From Pseudomonadota bacterium (GTDB taxonomy: Bacteria > Pseudomonadota > Alphaproteobacteria > UBA2136 > UBA6156): 43,846 bases of DNA. The DNA lies in the NCBI GenBank assembly GCA_009927255.1, contig RFNJ01000124.1:1-43846 (forward strand). Reading direction: 5' to 3'. The notes beneath the pieces were generated by a model that had not been told where the DNA came from, ran no database searches, and saw only the letters and a list, made by a program, of their open reading frames with translations. This document shows, piece by piece, positions 1-8,213 of the stretch. The position numbers and the translations under genes are program-made. The stretch's first letter is position 1. Every line of letters begins with the position of its first letter.

Positions 1-83
1 GCGGGTCAGCATTTGCGTCTGTGCAAATGCTGGGGCCCCGCTAGCTATCCGGCACCACCCGTGTCGCCCACTCTCCACAAAGC
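1..83 (-). repeat. Nested palindromic repeat, family B, copy B1 (inverted orientation, cut by the window edge)
   Basis: The reverse complement reads GCTTTGTGGAGAGTGGGCGACACGGGTGGTGCCGGATAG followed by an inner hairpin (CAGCATTTGC/GCAAATGCTG). The same conserved arm occurs at 9696 and 10486. A CCTAAC-type short repeat tract follows at about 98-135. Confidence 0.7.
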
Positions 84-141
84 ACATAATCACCGCAAGC
101 ACCAAAACCCCTAATACCTAACACCTAACACCTATTACCTC

Positions 142-699
142 TCACTTCACACCCTGATTCTGCAAAAATATCGTCAAATACCCCACCGGCAACCCAAACT
201 TATACATCGTCGTCACATTCATCACATTCCCCGGGCTGATAATAAACATCCAATCATCCAGCGTCAGCCGCACAATGCGCGGGTTAGGCTGGCCAATCGG
301 CACATTCAGCTGGTAGCGCCAGTTCATCGCGTTGCCGCTCATCTGGCTGGTGGCCATGCCATGAATATCCCCCGCCGTCCCCTGCCACTGGCCATCGGGT
401 AGCTGCTGCACTTGCCACAGGCGCTTTTGCACTTCGCCATCAGCCCAGTAAAAGGTCTCATCCAGCGTGCCGCGCCCAGCAGCAAACGTACCCTTAATAT
501 CCACCGTAAAGCGCCGTGTCGTCTGCCCGCGCCAATCTTGCAGCATCCCCCAGCCCTTCACCTGCCCACCAAACACGTCCTCCAGCTTAAAAACCGGCGT
601 CTCAGCTTGGTAAACAGCAGGGTTCATCGCACAACCTCCCAGATTAAGTATTAAAACAAGCATGATAACCACGTAACCTAAGCCATATCTCGGTGTCAT
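142..699 (-). CDS. DUF3833-family lipoprotein
   Basis: ORF 142..822 trimmed to MTPRYGLGYVVIMLVLILNLGGC (lipobox LGGC). The body matches my recollection of DUF3833 (KGWGMLQDWRGQ..RRFTVDI.G...G.GTLDE.F.W.DGE). The upstream part of the ORF runs through repeat A1. Confidence 0.6.
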   Translation of the reverse strand: MTPRYGLGYVVIMLVLILNLGGCAMNPAVYQAETPVFKLEDVFGGQVKGWGMLQDWRGQTTRRFTVDIKGTFAAGRGTLDETFYWADGEVQKRLWQVQQLPDGQWQGTAGDIHGMATSQMSGNAMNWRYQLNVPIGQPNPRIVRLTLDDWMFIISPGNVMNVTTMYKFGLPVGYLTIFLQNQGVK

Positions 700-768
700 C
701 CCGGGGCATGGCTGGGCCGATTTTTTCCTACAAAAAATCGGGGTGCCCAGCCTGAGCCCGGGGTTACA
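687..768. repeat. Nested palindromic repeat, family A, copy A1 (82 bp)
   Basis: ATCTCGGTGTCA(T/C)CCCGGGGCATGGCTGGGCCGATTTTTT-loop-AAAAAATCGGGG(T/C)GCCCAGCC(T/C)GAGCCCGGGGTTACA. Near-identical to 1561..1642. Confidence 0.85.
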
Positions 769-828
769 GAACTGTTTAAAAAATCCTACATCAGCAACAA
801 AGGCAGTGGCCATTGTTTCCATTATCAG

Positions 829-1443
829 CTAGCGCCCCACCGGCTGATAACGCGCCTGTTGCATGGGCTTGTTACCCAGCAGCTTCCGCCGAAAATCTTG
901 GTCTTTCGCATCTTCACCCAACCAAATCTGAAAGAAGTATTGGGCAAAATGCGGGTTCCGAATACTCCCCAGTTTACGCTGTCCGTCGCGCACAAACAGC
1001 GTCGCACCATCTGCGGTGCGAATCGCCGCAATCCTGGTTCCTTTCTTAATATCCGCAAACATCTCTTCCAGTTTGGGGCGCAAGGCTTCAAGCGTGGCCG
1101 CATCGGGGTAACCCAAACGCTGCATTTCCGTAATCGTCGCATCAGCCACCCCACTGGCAGTCAACGGGCGCTGATAGGTCAACTCCAGCATAAATTTTCG
1201 ATCGGCCGCAAATTGTTTTTTGGGGGCATACAGCGCCGCACTAAAAACATCCCAAAACAAAAACCGATAGTCCGCCGTGCCCACCTGCTGTGGCTTCAGT
1301 TGCCGGTAACTTACTTGGTAGTTTGTTGAAGCACTTACCGGATAAGCAAAGCCAAATGCAACCCAAATCCCACCCAAAAAAATACCTAAAAAATACCAAA
1401 AGCGCATCAAACCAGCCCCACATCCAACCCACATCAGCACCAT
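829..1443 (-). CDS. Chalcone-isomerase-like family protein (secreted or membrane-anchored); start may be M13 at 1407
   Basis: 204-aa ORF with a hydrophobic N-terminus (MRFWYFLGIFLGGIWVAFGFA). Motifs YRFLFWDVFSAALYAP and LTYQR resemble the bacterial chalcone isomerase-like family. Confidence 0.5.
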   Translation of the reverse strand: MVLMWVGCGAGLMRFWYFLGIFLGGIWVAFGFAYPVSASTNYQVSYRQLKPQQVGTADYRFLFWDVFSAALYAPKKQFAADRKFMLELTYQRPLTASGVADATITEMQRLGYPDAATLEALRPKLEEMFADIKKGTRIAAIRTADGATLFVRDGQRKLGSIRNPHFAQYFFQIWLGEDAKDQDFRRKLLGNKPMQQARYQPVGR

Positions 1444-1560
1444 AGCTTTTGTAGTGCGGAAAGCTTACCAAAACCATCCAACTTTTGCAAGCTTTTTCCA
1501 ATACCTAAGTAAGATTAGTTACATCCAAAACTGCCTCATTGCTAGTAAGTAGCCTCCTTT

Positions 1561-1642
1561 ATCTCGGTGTCACCCCGGGGCATGGCTGGGCCGATTTTTT
1601 ATTTTAAAAAATCGGGGCGCCCAGCCCGAGCCCGGGGTTACA
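1561..1642. repeat. Nested palindromic repeat, family A, copy A2 (82 bp)
   Basis: Same length and near-identical sequence to 687..768; only the loop (ATTTT vs CCTAC) and three stem positions differ. Confidence 0.85.
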
Positions 1643-1709
1643 TCTTTATATTTAAAATCAAATAATTAAACGCAAACTAAAACTCATTATTTCCCTAAAA
1701 ATCTCGCCA

Positions 1710-2609
1710 TCAACCAATCCCATGCGCCCGCAGGGCAGGGGAGGGGTCAACACTCAACCGATTGAATCCAAGCGTCTTTTCGTCCAAACCAAACGCCTTG
1801 CCAACCAGTTGCGCAATGTTCATTTCCGGCAAGTTAATGCTCGTTCCCATCGCTTTCTCGCTGCGGGCTTGGTAAGCACCAAGCGCAAAATCGCATAAAG
1901 TACAAGGGCTTACCATTATTTCCGCCCCCGCATTCTTCGCCTCCAAACTATGCCCGCCCGACATATGCAGGAACTCCTTTTCATTTACCAGCATATAATG
2001 GAACCCACAGCACTTATCTTTACCATAATAATCAACACTTTGCGCCCCCAAAGTCTGAATAATCGTTTCTAAATATTTCGGCCCCTGCACCGTACCACCG
2101 CGCTGGACCCCTTGATTTATAAAGATTTCCGAAGGCCGCATCGCATGGCAACCATAAAACGGCGCAACTCGCAGTCCATTCAGTGGGTTAGTAATATATT
2201 TCTTCAGTTTGGCTTCCCCCACATTCTCCACCAAAACCCAAATCAAATGCTTCACCTCAATCGTGCCCCGATATGGCCGAACTCCGGCCTTTTCCAGCAC
2301 TGCATTAATGTTGGCAAGCAATTCTGGCTCATTAGTAAGCCTATGATTCGCATAGCTAAAAGTCTGCAAGCAAGTATTGCAAATCGTCACAATATCCATC
2401 CCCATTTCCTCAGCCTGCGAGAAAATCCGCGCATTAATCGCCAAAGCCGCCGCCAAATCATGCTCCTGCAAATTCCCCGCCCCACAGCAAGTTGCCGCAG
2501 GCATATCGTGCAGGCCAATGCTGAGTTTTTCGGCAATCGCGCGAGCAGACCAATCGGCCTCCTTCTGAATCTGCTTGGCGGCGCAGCCGGGATAGTAGGC
2601 GAATTGCAT
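1710..2609 (-). CDS. HdrB/SdhE-like (Fe-S)-binding protein with two CCG cysteine-rich domains
   Basis: ORF 1710..2666 trimmed to MQFAYYPGC. Contains CCGAG, CNTC, YGCH, CCGF and PCTLC motifs typical of heterodisulfide reductase subunit B-type CCG domains. Confidence 0.7.
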   Translation of the reverse strand: MQFAYYPGCAAKQIQKEADWSARAIAEKLSIGLHDMPAATCCGAGNLQEHDLAAALAINARIFSQAEEMGMDIVTICNTCLQTFSYANHRLTNEPELLANINAVLEKAGVRPYRGTIEVKHLIWVLVENVGEAKLKKYITNPLNGLRVAPFYGCHAMRPSEIFINQGVQRGGTVQGPKYLETIIQTLGAQSVDYYGKDKCCGFHYMLVNEKEFLHMSGGHSLEAKNAGAEIMVSPCTLCDFALGAYQARSEKAMGTSINLPEMNIAQLVGKAFGLDEKTLGFNRLSVDPSPALRAHGIG

Positions 2610-2683
2610 GGTTTTACGGTTGGTTGGGAGGTGGTTGCTGGTAGACTTGGTTGGAGCCGCGTGCATCGTGTTATTCCTTATTT

Positions 2684-2803
2684 TTAGTAGGATTTAGAAG
2701 GGGTTATTTTGCCATCGGGCGTTTTGGGATAGACCCGACTGCCGCAGGCGGAGAGGCTGAGAGCGATGCAGAGCATGAGGCAGATGAGGGTGGGGAATTT
2801 CAT
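2684..2803 (-). CDS. Possible small lipoprotein (39 aa)
   Basis: Internal start MKFPTLICLMLCIALSLSACGS with lipobox LSAC. No clear SD. Confidence 0.35.
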   Translation of the reverse strand: MKFPTLICLMLCIALSLSACGSRVYPKTPDGKITPSKSY

Positions 2804-2856
2804 GGGGGTATTTTTATGGGGTTGCGGGGCGGCGTCAAGCACGCTATGAGAGATGG

Positions 2857-3912
2857 ATGGCGCATTTTGAGACCGATGTGGCAATTGTGGGGGCAGGCCC
2901 GAGTGGGCTGTTTATGGTGTTTGAGGCCGGATTTATGGGCTACCGCAGCATTGTGCTGGATGCACTGCCACAGGTGGGTGGGCAATTGGCGGCGCTTTAC
3001 CCCGAAAAACCGATATATGACATTCCCGCCCACCCAAGCATTTTGGCGGGCGAGTTGGTGGAGAAGTTGAAGGTGCAGGCAGAAGCTTATGCACCGCACT
3101 ATTTGCTGGGCGAGCCGGTGCTGAGCCTTGAGGGCGCGCCGCGGGAGTTTATGTTGCGCACGGCGAGCCATGTAGTGGCGGCGAAAGTAATAATTTTGGC
3201 GGGTGGTGGTGGGGTTTTTACCCCGCGCAAGCCGACCCAGCTGACCAACCTAGAAACCTTTGAAGACAGCTGTGCGGTGCTTTATGCGGTGACAAATAAG
3301 AAAGCGTTGGCGGGCAAAACCGTAGTGTTGGCCGGTGGTGGCGACAGCGCGGTGGACTGGGCGGTGGAACTAGCAAGCATGTGTGCGCATGTGCACGTGG
3401 TGCATCGGCGCACGGATTTTCGGGCCGCTGCCGCCACCGTGCAGCAAATGATGGACTTGGCGGCGGCGGGTAAGATTACGTTGCATACCCCCACCCAACT
3501 GCATGAATTGGTGGGTGAAAATGGAATTTTGCAGCGGGTGATTTTGGCTGATAATGATGAGAAGCTGAAGGAAATTAATGCCGAGCGGGTGGTGTGCTGC
3601 TTTGGCATGGCGCCTAATGCCGGGCCGCTGGGCAGCTGGGGCTTGGGGTGGGATAAGGGCAAGGTTCCGGTTGACCGCGCCACGATGGGCACCAGCCGCA
3701 AAGGTGTGCTGTGCATTGGTGATTTGGCAGACTATGAGGGCAAAGTGGCGCTGATTTTGACCGGCTTTGCTGAAGCTGCGGTGGCAGCCAAAACCTGCAT
3801 GAGCATTATTGAGCCAGAGCGGAAGTTTAAGGTACAGTATTCCACCAGCAAGGGCGTGCCTGCTGTTGGCGCCACAGGGGGTGCGGCGGATGCGGGGGCG
3901 GGGGTAGCTTAG
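2857..3912 (+). CDS. Ferredoxin--NADP(+) reductase, thioredoxin-reductase-like type
   Basis: 351 aa. N-terminal DVAIVGAGPSGL FAD fold, GGQL..LYPEK.IYD motif, second GGGDSAVDWA nucleotide-binding motif. Confidence 0.85.
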   Translation: MAHFETDVAIVGAGPSGLFMVFEAGFMGYRSIVLDALPQVGGQLAALYPEKPIYDIPAHPSILAGELVEKLKVQAEAYAPHYLLGEPVLSLEGAPREFMLRTASHVVAAKVIILAGGGGVFTPRKPTQLTNLETFEDSCAVLYAVTNKKALAGKTVVLAGGGDSAVDWAVELASMCAHVHVVHRRTDFRAAAATVQQMMDLAAAGKITLHTPTQLHELVGENGILQRVILADNDEKLKEINAERVVCCFGMAPNAGPLGSWGLGWDKGKVPVDRATMGTSRKGVLCIGDLADYEGKVALILTGFAEAAVAAKTCMSIIEPERKFKVQYSTSKGVPAVGATGGAADAGAGVA

Positions 3913-3939
3913 TGCCTGATTTTGGCCTATAATAATAAG

Positions 3940-4431
3940 ATGAAGATCTCTTATTTGGTTGGTTGTGTTTTGCTGGTAGCTTTGATGCTGTTGGGTGGTG
4001 ATGTTGTGGCGCAGGCTCAGGCGGGGGATACGGCAATTTCCCAAGCCAAAGTGGTTTATTGTGGGATGAAGGGGTTGATTGAAGGCAATTTGGGGCTGGT
4101 GGCAGGGTTGATTATGGCATTTTTGGGCGTGTGGGGGCTGATTAATGGCGGCAGCTTGATGACCGGCATTGTGTTTATTGTGGCAGGGGCCAGTTTAACC
4201 GCCATTCCGGGAATGGTGGAAAGCACGCTGGGTGGGTTTGGTGCGCTGATTAAAGAAGCAGGATTTACCACAAAAGAACAGAGTATAAGTGCTTTTTTGT
4301 GCACGAGCAGTGATTCTCCAAGCCCGGTACAAGATTATGGTAACGAAAAACCACTAACATCTGAACAGCTTGATCAAAGAAATAGAGCTGCAAACGAGCA
4401 GTGTACTGGCGGCCATCTTGATTGTCTCTAA
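3940..4431 (+). CDS. Secreted/membrane protein with VirB2/TrbC-pilin-like layout plus a Cys-containing C-terminal tail
   Basis: ATG at 3940 (the track start 3922 is TTG). Signal peptide ends AQAQA, followed by two Gly/Ala-rich hydrophobic helices (LGLVAGLIMAFLGVWGLI, GIVFIVAGASLTAIPGMV) and a lower-GC polar tail. Confidence 0.4.
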   Translation: MKISYLVGCVLLVALMLLGGDVVAQAQAGDTAISQAKVVYCGMKGLIEGNLGLVAGLIMAFLGVWGLINGGSLMTGIVFIVAGASLTAIPGMVESTLGGFGALIKEAGFTTKEQSISAFLCTSSDSPSPVQDYGNEKPLTSEQLDQRNRAANEQCTGGHLDCL

Positions 4432-4455
4432 CCTCAGTTATGGTAGGTTATTACG

Positions 4456-5028
4456 ATGAAACTAATCATTGGCCTCGGCAACCCAGGTTCTGAATATACC
4501 GCCACACGGCACAATGTGGGCTTTTGGGTGGCGGATGCGCTGCAAGAGGTGTTTGGTTTGCCGGGCTTTGCCAAAAAATGCAAAGGGTTGGTGGCCAAGG
4601 GGCGGATGGTGGGGATGGATGTGGTGGTGCTGAAGCCGCAGACGTTTATGAACCTGAGTGGTGAGAGTGTGCAGGCGGCGATGGCATTTTATAAGGTTGC
4701 GGCGGCGGATATGTTGGTGATTCATGATGAGCTGGATTTGGTAGTGGGGCGCTTAAAACACAAAATTGGCGGCAGTGATGCTGGGCACAATGGACTGAAA
4801 AGTATTACGGCGGCGCTGGGGACGGGGGAGTATCCCCGCCTGCGCATCGGTATTGGCCGCCCTGAGCACAAAAGCCAAGTGAGTGACTATGTGCTGGAGC
4901 CTTTTGGCGCTGCCGATGCCCTGTTGATGCGCGAGCGGGTGGCGTGGGTGGCGGAAAATATGCCGAAATTGGTGGAGGATCCGCATGTGGCTTTGGCCAA
5001 GCTTGAGGCTGTGGCTAAAAAAGCTTGA
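4456..5028 (+). CDS. pth: Peptidyl-tRNA hydrolase
   Basis: MKLIIGLGNPG..Y..TRHNVGF, FMNLSGESV and GHNGLKSI motifs. Confidence 0.95.
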   Translation: MKLIIGLGNPGSEYTATRHNVGFWVADALQEVFGLPGFAKKCKGLVAKGRMVGMDVVVLKPQTFMNLSGESVQAAMAFYKVAAADMLVIHDELDLVVGRLKHKIGGSDAGHNGLKSITAALGTGEYPRLRIGIGRPEHKSQVSDYVLEPFGAADALLMRERVAWVAENMPKLVEDPHVALAKLEAVAKKA

Positions 5029-5085
5029 ATTGTTAGTTATTTAATGAAATAAGCGGCCTATCCGCAACCTAGCTGGAGAAACACC

Positions 5086-5619
5086 ATGAAAGTGATTTAT
5101 GCACGGCAGCCTTTGCCGTTTGTGAACAGAGCTGGTGGGTTGGTAAGCCAAAGCATCTTTTTGGTTGGGCCAACACCGCGTGAACGTTCTATACCAAGTT
5201 GGCGGCCTGAAGCACTGAAAATACTTGAAGATCTGAACTTTGAAGGTACCGTATTTGTACCCGAAGATGAGGGTTGGGGGCACTTTAGCCCCGATACTCA
5301 TCAGGAACAGATATGGTGGGAAATCAAAGCTTTGGGGGTAACCAGTTGCGTAGCAGTTTGGCTTAACCGCGAGCTGCCACACATGCCTGCTTTTACCACC
5401 AATACTGAAGTGGGGTTGCTCCTTGCCTTCAAGCCAGAGCGACTTGTCTTTGGTATTCCGCCAACGGCACGCAAAACCAACTATCAAGCCACGTTGGCGC
5501 GAGACTTGGTGCAATTGCATGAGGCTTTTGGGAGGTATTATGTAAATGCAAATAATGCTCCCATTGCCGATACGATGCACGGAATGCTGAGTATTGCCGT
5601 ACAAATGGCTGATGTTTGA
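5086..5619 (+). CDS. Nucleoside 2-deoxyribosyltransferase-like domain protein
   Basis: SIFLVGPTPR...WR.EA..L....FEGTVFVPE...W......QIWWE...L......VW..R.L.HMPAFTTNTEVG matches the Nuc_deoxyri_tr2-like pattern as I remember it. Confidence 0.55.
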   Translation: MKVIYARQPLPFVNRAGGLVSQSIFLVGPTPRERSIPSWRPEALKILEDLNFEGTVFVPEDEGWGHFSPDTHQEQIWWEIKALGVTSCVAVWLNRELPHMPAFTTNTEVGLLLAFKPERLVFGIPPTARKTNYQATLARDLVQLHEAFGRYYVNANNAPIADTMHGMLSIAVQMADV

Positions 5620-5697
5620 CTTTAAGGGCTGCCCCCACGGGTGGCCCTTTCGGTTTGTGATAGTTTGGTGTATGGAAGGGGCAGAAAGGGTTATACA

Positions 5698-6786
5698 ATG
5701 GGATTTTCGTGCGGGATTGTGGGGTTGCCGAATGTGGGCAAGAGCACGTTGTTTAATGCCCTGACCCAAACCATGGCGGCGCAGGCGGCGAATTTTCCGT
5801 TTTGCACGATTGAGCCGAATGTGGGGCGGGTGGCCGTGCCAGATGAGCGGCTGGACGCGCTGGCAACGATTGTGAAGCCCAACAAAATTGTGCCCACCCA
5901 GCTGGACTTTGTGGATATTGCGGGGTTGGTGGCGGGGGCTAGTAAGGGCGAAGGGTTGGGGAATCAGTTTTTGGCGAACATTCGGGAATGCGATGCGGTG
6001 GCCCATGTGGTGCGCTGTTTTGAAGGGGAAGTTACCCACGTGAGTGGCAGTGTTGATCCGATTCGGGACATTGAGGTGATTGAAACCGAGCTGATGCTGG
6101 CCGACCTTGCGAGTGCCGAAAAGCGCTTGGCGGCGCTTGAGAAAAAGGCCAAAACGGGTGACAAGGGGGCGGTGGAGGAAATGGCTGTTGTGCAGCCGGT
6201 GCTGGCGGCGCTGGGAGCGGGCAAGCCTGCGCGCACGGTGGAAGGCATTGATCGTGGCCATGCGTTTTATAAAAGCCTGCTTTCGGGCAAGCCGGTGCTG
6301 TATGTGGCCAATGTGGGCGAGAATGAGGCCGCCAGCGGCAACATGCTGAGTGCCAAAGTGGCGACCCATGCGGCGGCGCAGGGGGCGGGGTGTGTGGTGA
6401 TTTCCGCCGAAATTGAGGCCCAAGTGGCGCAGTTGCCGGTGGCGGAGCGGGTGGAGTTTCTGGAGAGCTTGGGGTTGGCAGAGCCAGCGTTGAATAAGCT
6501 GATTCGCGCGGGGTATCAGCTGTTGGGATTGATTACATACTTTACCGCAGGTGTGCAGGAAGTGCGGGCTTGGACGGTGCGCAAGGGGGCAACCGCGCCT
6601 GAGGCGGCGGGGGTGATTCATACCGATTTTATGCGCGGATTTATTAAGGCTGAAACCATTGCCTATGCCGACTTTGTGGCGCTGAAGGGCGAAGCTGGAG
6701 CTAAAGAAGCTGGCAAGATGCGCGCCGAAGGCAAGGATTACGTTGTGAAGGATGGCGATGTGATGCATTTTAGGTTTAATGTTTAG
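5698..6786 (+). CDS. ychF: Redox-regulated ribosome-binding ATPase YchF
   Basis: [33 protein letters not shown] and a C-terminal TGS-like [11 protein letters not shown]. Track ORF trimmed from 5641. Confidence 0.95.
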   Translation: MGFSCGIVGLPNVGKSTLFNALTQTMAAQAANFPFCTIEPNVGRVAVPDERLDALATIVKPNKIVPTQLDFVDIAGLVAGASKGEGLGNQFLANIRECDAVAHVVRCFEGEVTHVSGSVDPIRDIEVIETELMLADLASAEKRLAALEKKAKTGDKGAVEEMAVVQPVLAALGAGKPARTVEGIDRGHAFYKSLLSGKPVLYVANVGENEAASGNMLSAKVATHAAAQGAGCVVISAEIEAQVAQLPVAERVEFLESLGLAEPALNKLIRAGYQLLGLITYFTAGVQEVRAWTVRKGATAPEAAGVIHTDFMRGFIKAETIAYADFVALKGEAGAKEAGKMRAEGKDYVVKDGDVMHFRFNV

Positions 6787-6795
6787 GGCCTTGCA

Positions 6796-7335
6796 ATGCC
6801 CACAAAACCCAAGGCAAAAGCGACTGTTGCGCCCCAGCGGATTGTGATTATGGGCATGAGTGGTGCGGGCAAGAGCACGTTGGCGGCAGCGGTGGGAGAG
6901 AGGTTGGGGGTGCCGTATTATCACCTGGATAACATTTACCACTTGCCTGGTTGGGTGGCGCGGCCTGAAGACGAGGTACGCCGCGAGTTTACGGCATTGG
7001 CCGAGCAGGAGAAGTGGGTGGTGGATGGTAACTTTTTTAGGCTGACTGGTAGCTTTAGGCAACGGGCAGATGTGTTGGTGTTTTTGGATTATCCGCGCTG
7101 GTATTGCATGGCGCAGGTGTTGCTGCGCTTTGTGCGCCACCACAGCGGCTGGCAGCGGCGGGTGGATTTGGCGGCAGGATTTGAGGAGAAATTCTCGTTT
7201 TCGTTTTTATGGTGGGTGTGGAATTGGCAATCTACCAACCGCCCGCGCTGGCTGGCAGAACTTGAGAACTTTCGCAGAAAGTGTGTTAGGTTGCGTAGCA
7301 GAAAGGAAACCGCACGATGGCTGGAAACGCTGTGA
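6796..7335 (+). CDS. P-loop kinase-like ATPase (adenylate kinase / topology-modulation FlaR-like family)
   Basis: Walker A GMSGAGKST near the N-terminus. Size and the W..P....R pattern resemble the small AAA/kinase family. Confidence 0.6.
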   Translation: MPTKPKAKATVAPQRIVIMGMSGAGKSTLAAAVGERLGVPYYHLDNIYHLPGWVARPEDEVRREFTALAEQEKWVVDGNFFRLTGSFRQRADVLVFLDYPRWYCMAQVLLRFVRHHSGWQRRVDLAAGFEEKFSFSFLWWVWNWQSTNRPRWLAELENFRRKCVRLRSRKETARWLETL

Positions 7336-8213
7336 AAGGGCCGCTGTTGCTCACTCCCGTGGGAGTGGATTATGTGCTGCTAGATAGCGGTCATGGGCGT
7401 AAGTTGGAGCGTTTGGGCGGGATTGTGACCGACCGGCCAGAGCCGCAGGCGATTTGGGCGCCCAAGCTGCCCGAGAGTGAATGGCAGCAGGCGGCGGCGG
7501 TTTTTTCGCCCAAAAGTGGCAAGCCGGGTGGCGATGATGACGGAGAAGGCGGCAACTGGGAAGTACGCGGCAATGTGCCAGAGCGCTGGAAGACCCAGTT
7601 TGAAAGCATGCCTTTTTATGCACGGTTGACGCCGTTTCGGCATTTGGGGTGCTTTCCGGACCAATCGCCGCAGTGGCGCTGGCTGCGGGACGAAGCGAAA
7701 AGTGGCATGAAGGTGCTGAATTTGTTTGGTTATACCGGCGTAGCAAGCTTGGTGGCGGCCAAGGCTGGTGCTGAGGTGGTGCATGTGGATGCGAGTAAAA
7801 AAGCGATTGGTTTTGCCCGCGAAAGTGCGGAGATTGCGGGGTTGACTGCGGCGCCGATACGGTGGATTTGCGATGATGCTTTGGCGTTTGTGCAGCGTGA
7901 AGTTCGGCGCGGAAACCGCTATGATATCATTATTTTAGACCCCCCTAAATATGGACGGGGGCCGGATGGGGAGCGGTGGGAATTTTTTGCCGATATGCCT
8001 AAGCTTATGATAGATATGGCTAAAATCAGTAATCCACTGTGCAAGGTGTGGTTGACGGCTTATGCGTTGCGGGTTTCGAGCGTCGCTTTGGGGAGTATGC
8101 TGTTGGAATCATTGGGGTCGGCGGGGCAGGTGACGACGGGTGAATTTGTGAGTGAGGACGCCGCGGGGCGGCGCTTTACTAACAGCATGTGGGCGCGGTG
8201 GGAGGGGCGGTGA
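7317..8213 (+). CDS. Class I SAM-dependent (rRNA) methyltransferase, RlmI/RlmK-like short form
   Basis: LDSGHGRKLE, FPDQ, VLNLFGYTG, VHVDAS and ILDPPKYGRG motifs. Confidence 0.75.
   Translation: MAGNAVKGPLLLTPVGVDYVLLDSGHGRKLERLGGIVTDRPEPQAIWAPKLPESEWQQAAAVFSPKSGKPGGDDDGEGGNWEVRGNVPERWKTQFESMPFYARLTPFRHLGCFPDQSPQWRWLRDEAKSGMKVLNLFGYTGVASLVAAKAGAEVVHVDASKKAIGFARESAEIAGLTAAPIRWICDDALAFVQREVRRGNRYDIIILDPPKYGRGPDGERWEFFADMPKLMIDMAKISNPLCKVWLTAYALRVSSVALGSMLLESLGSAGQVTTGEFVSEDAAGRRFTNSMWARWEGR

Noticed and set aside
142-822. Full-length 226-aa version of the first ORF
   Set aside because: The first 41 codons are read through palindromic repeat A1. The lipoprotein signal peptide begins at M42.
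5041-7143. 700-aa minus-strand ORF spanning the NDT-like, ychF and kinase-like genes
   Set aside because: Its composition is extremely His/Arg/Leu/Pro/Gln-rich and low in complexity with no motifs. It lies antisense to three well-supported plus-strand genes, so it is a typical shadow ORF of GC-rich coding DNA.
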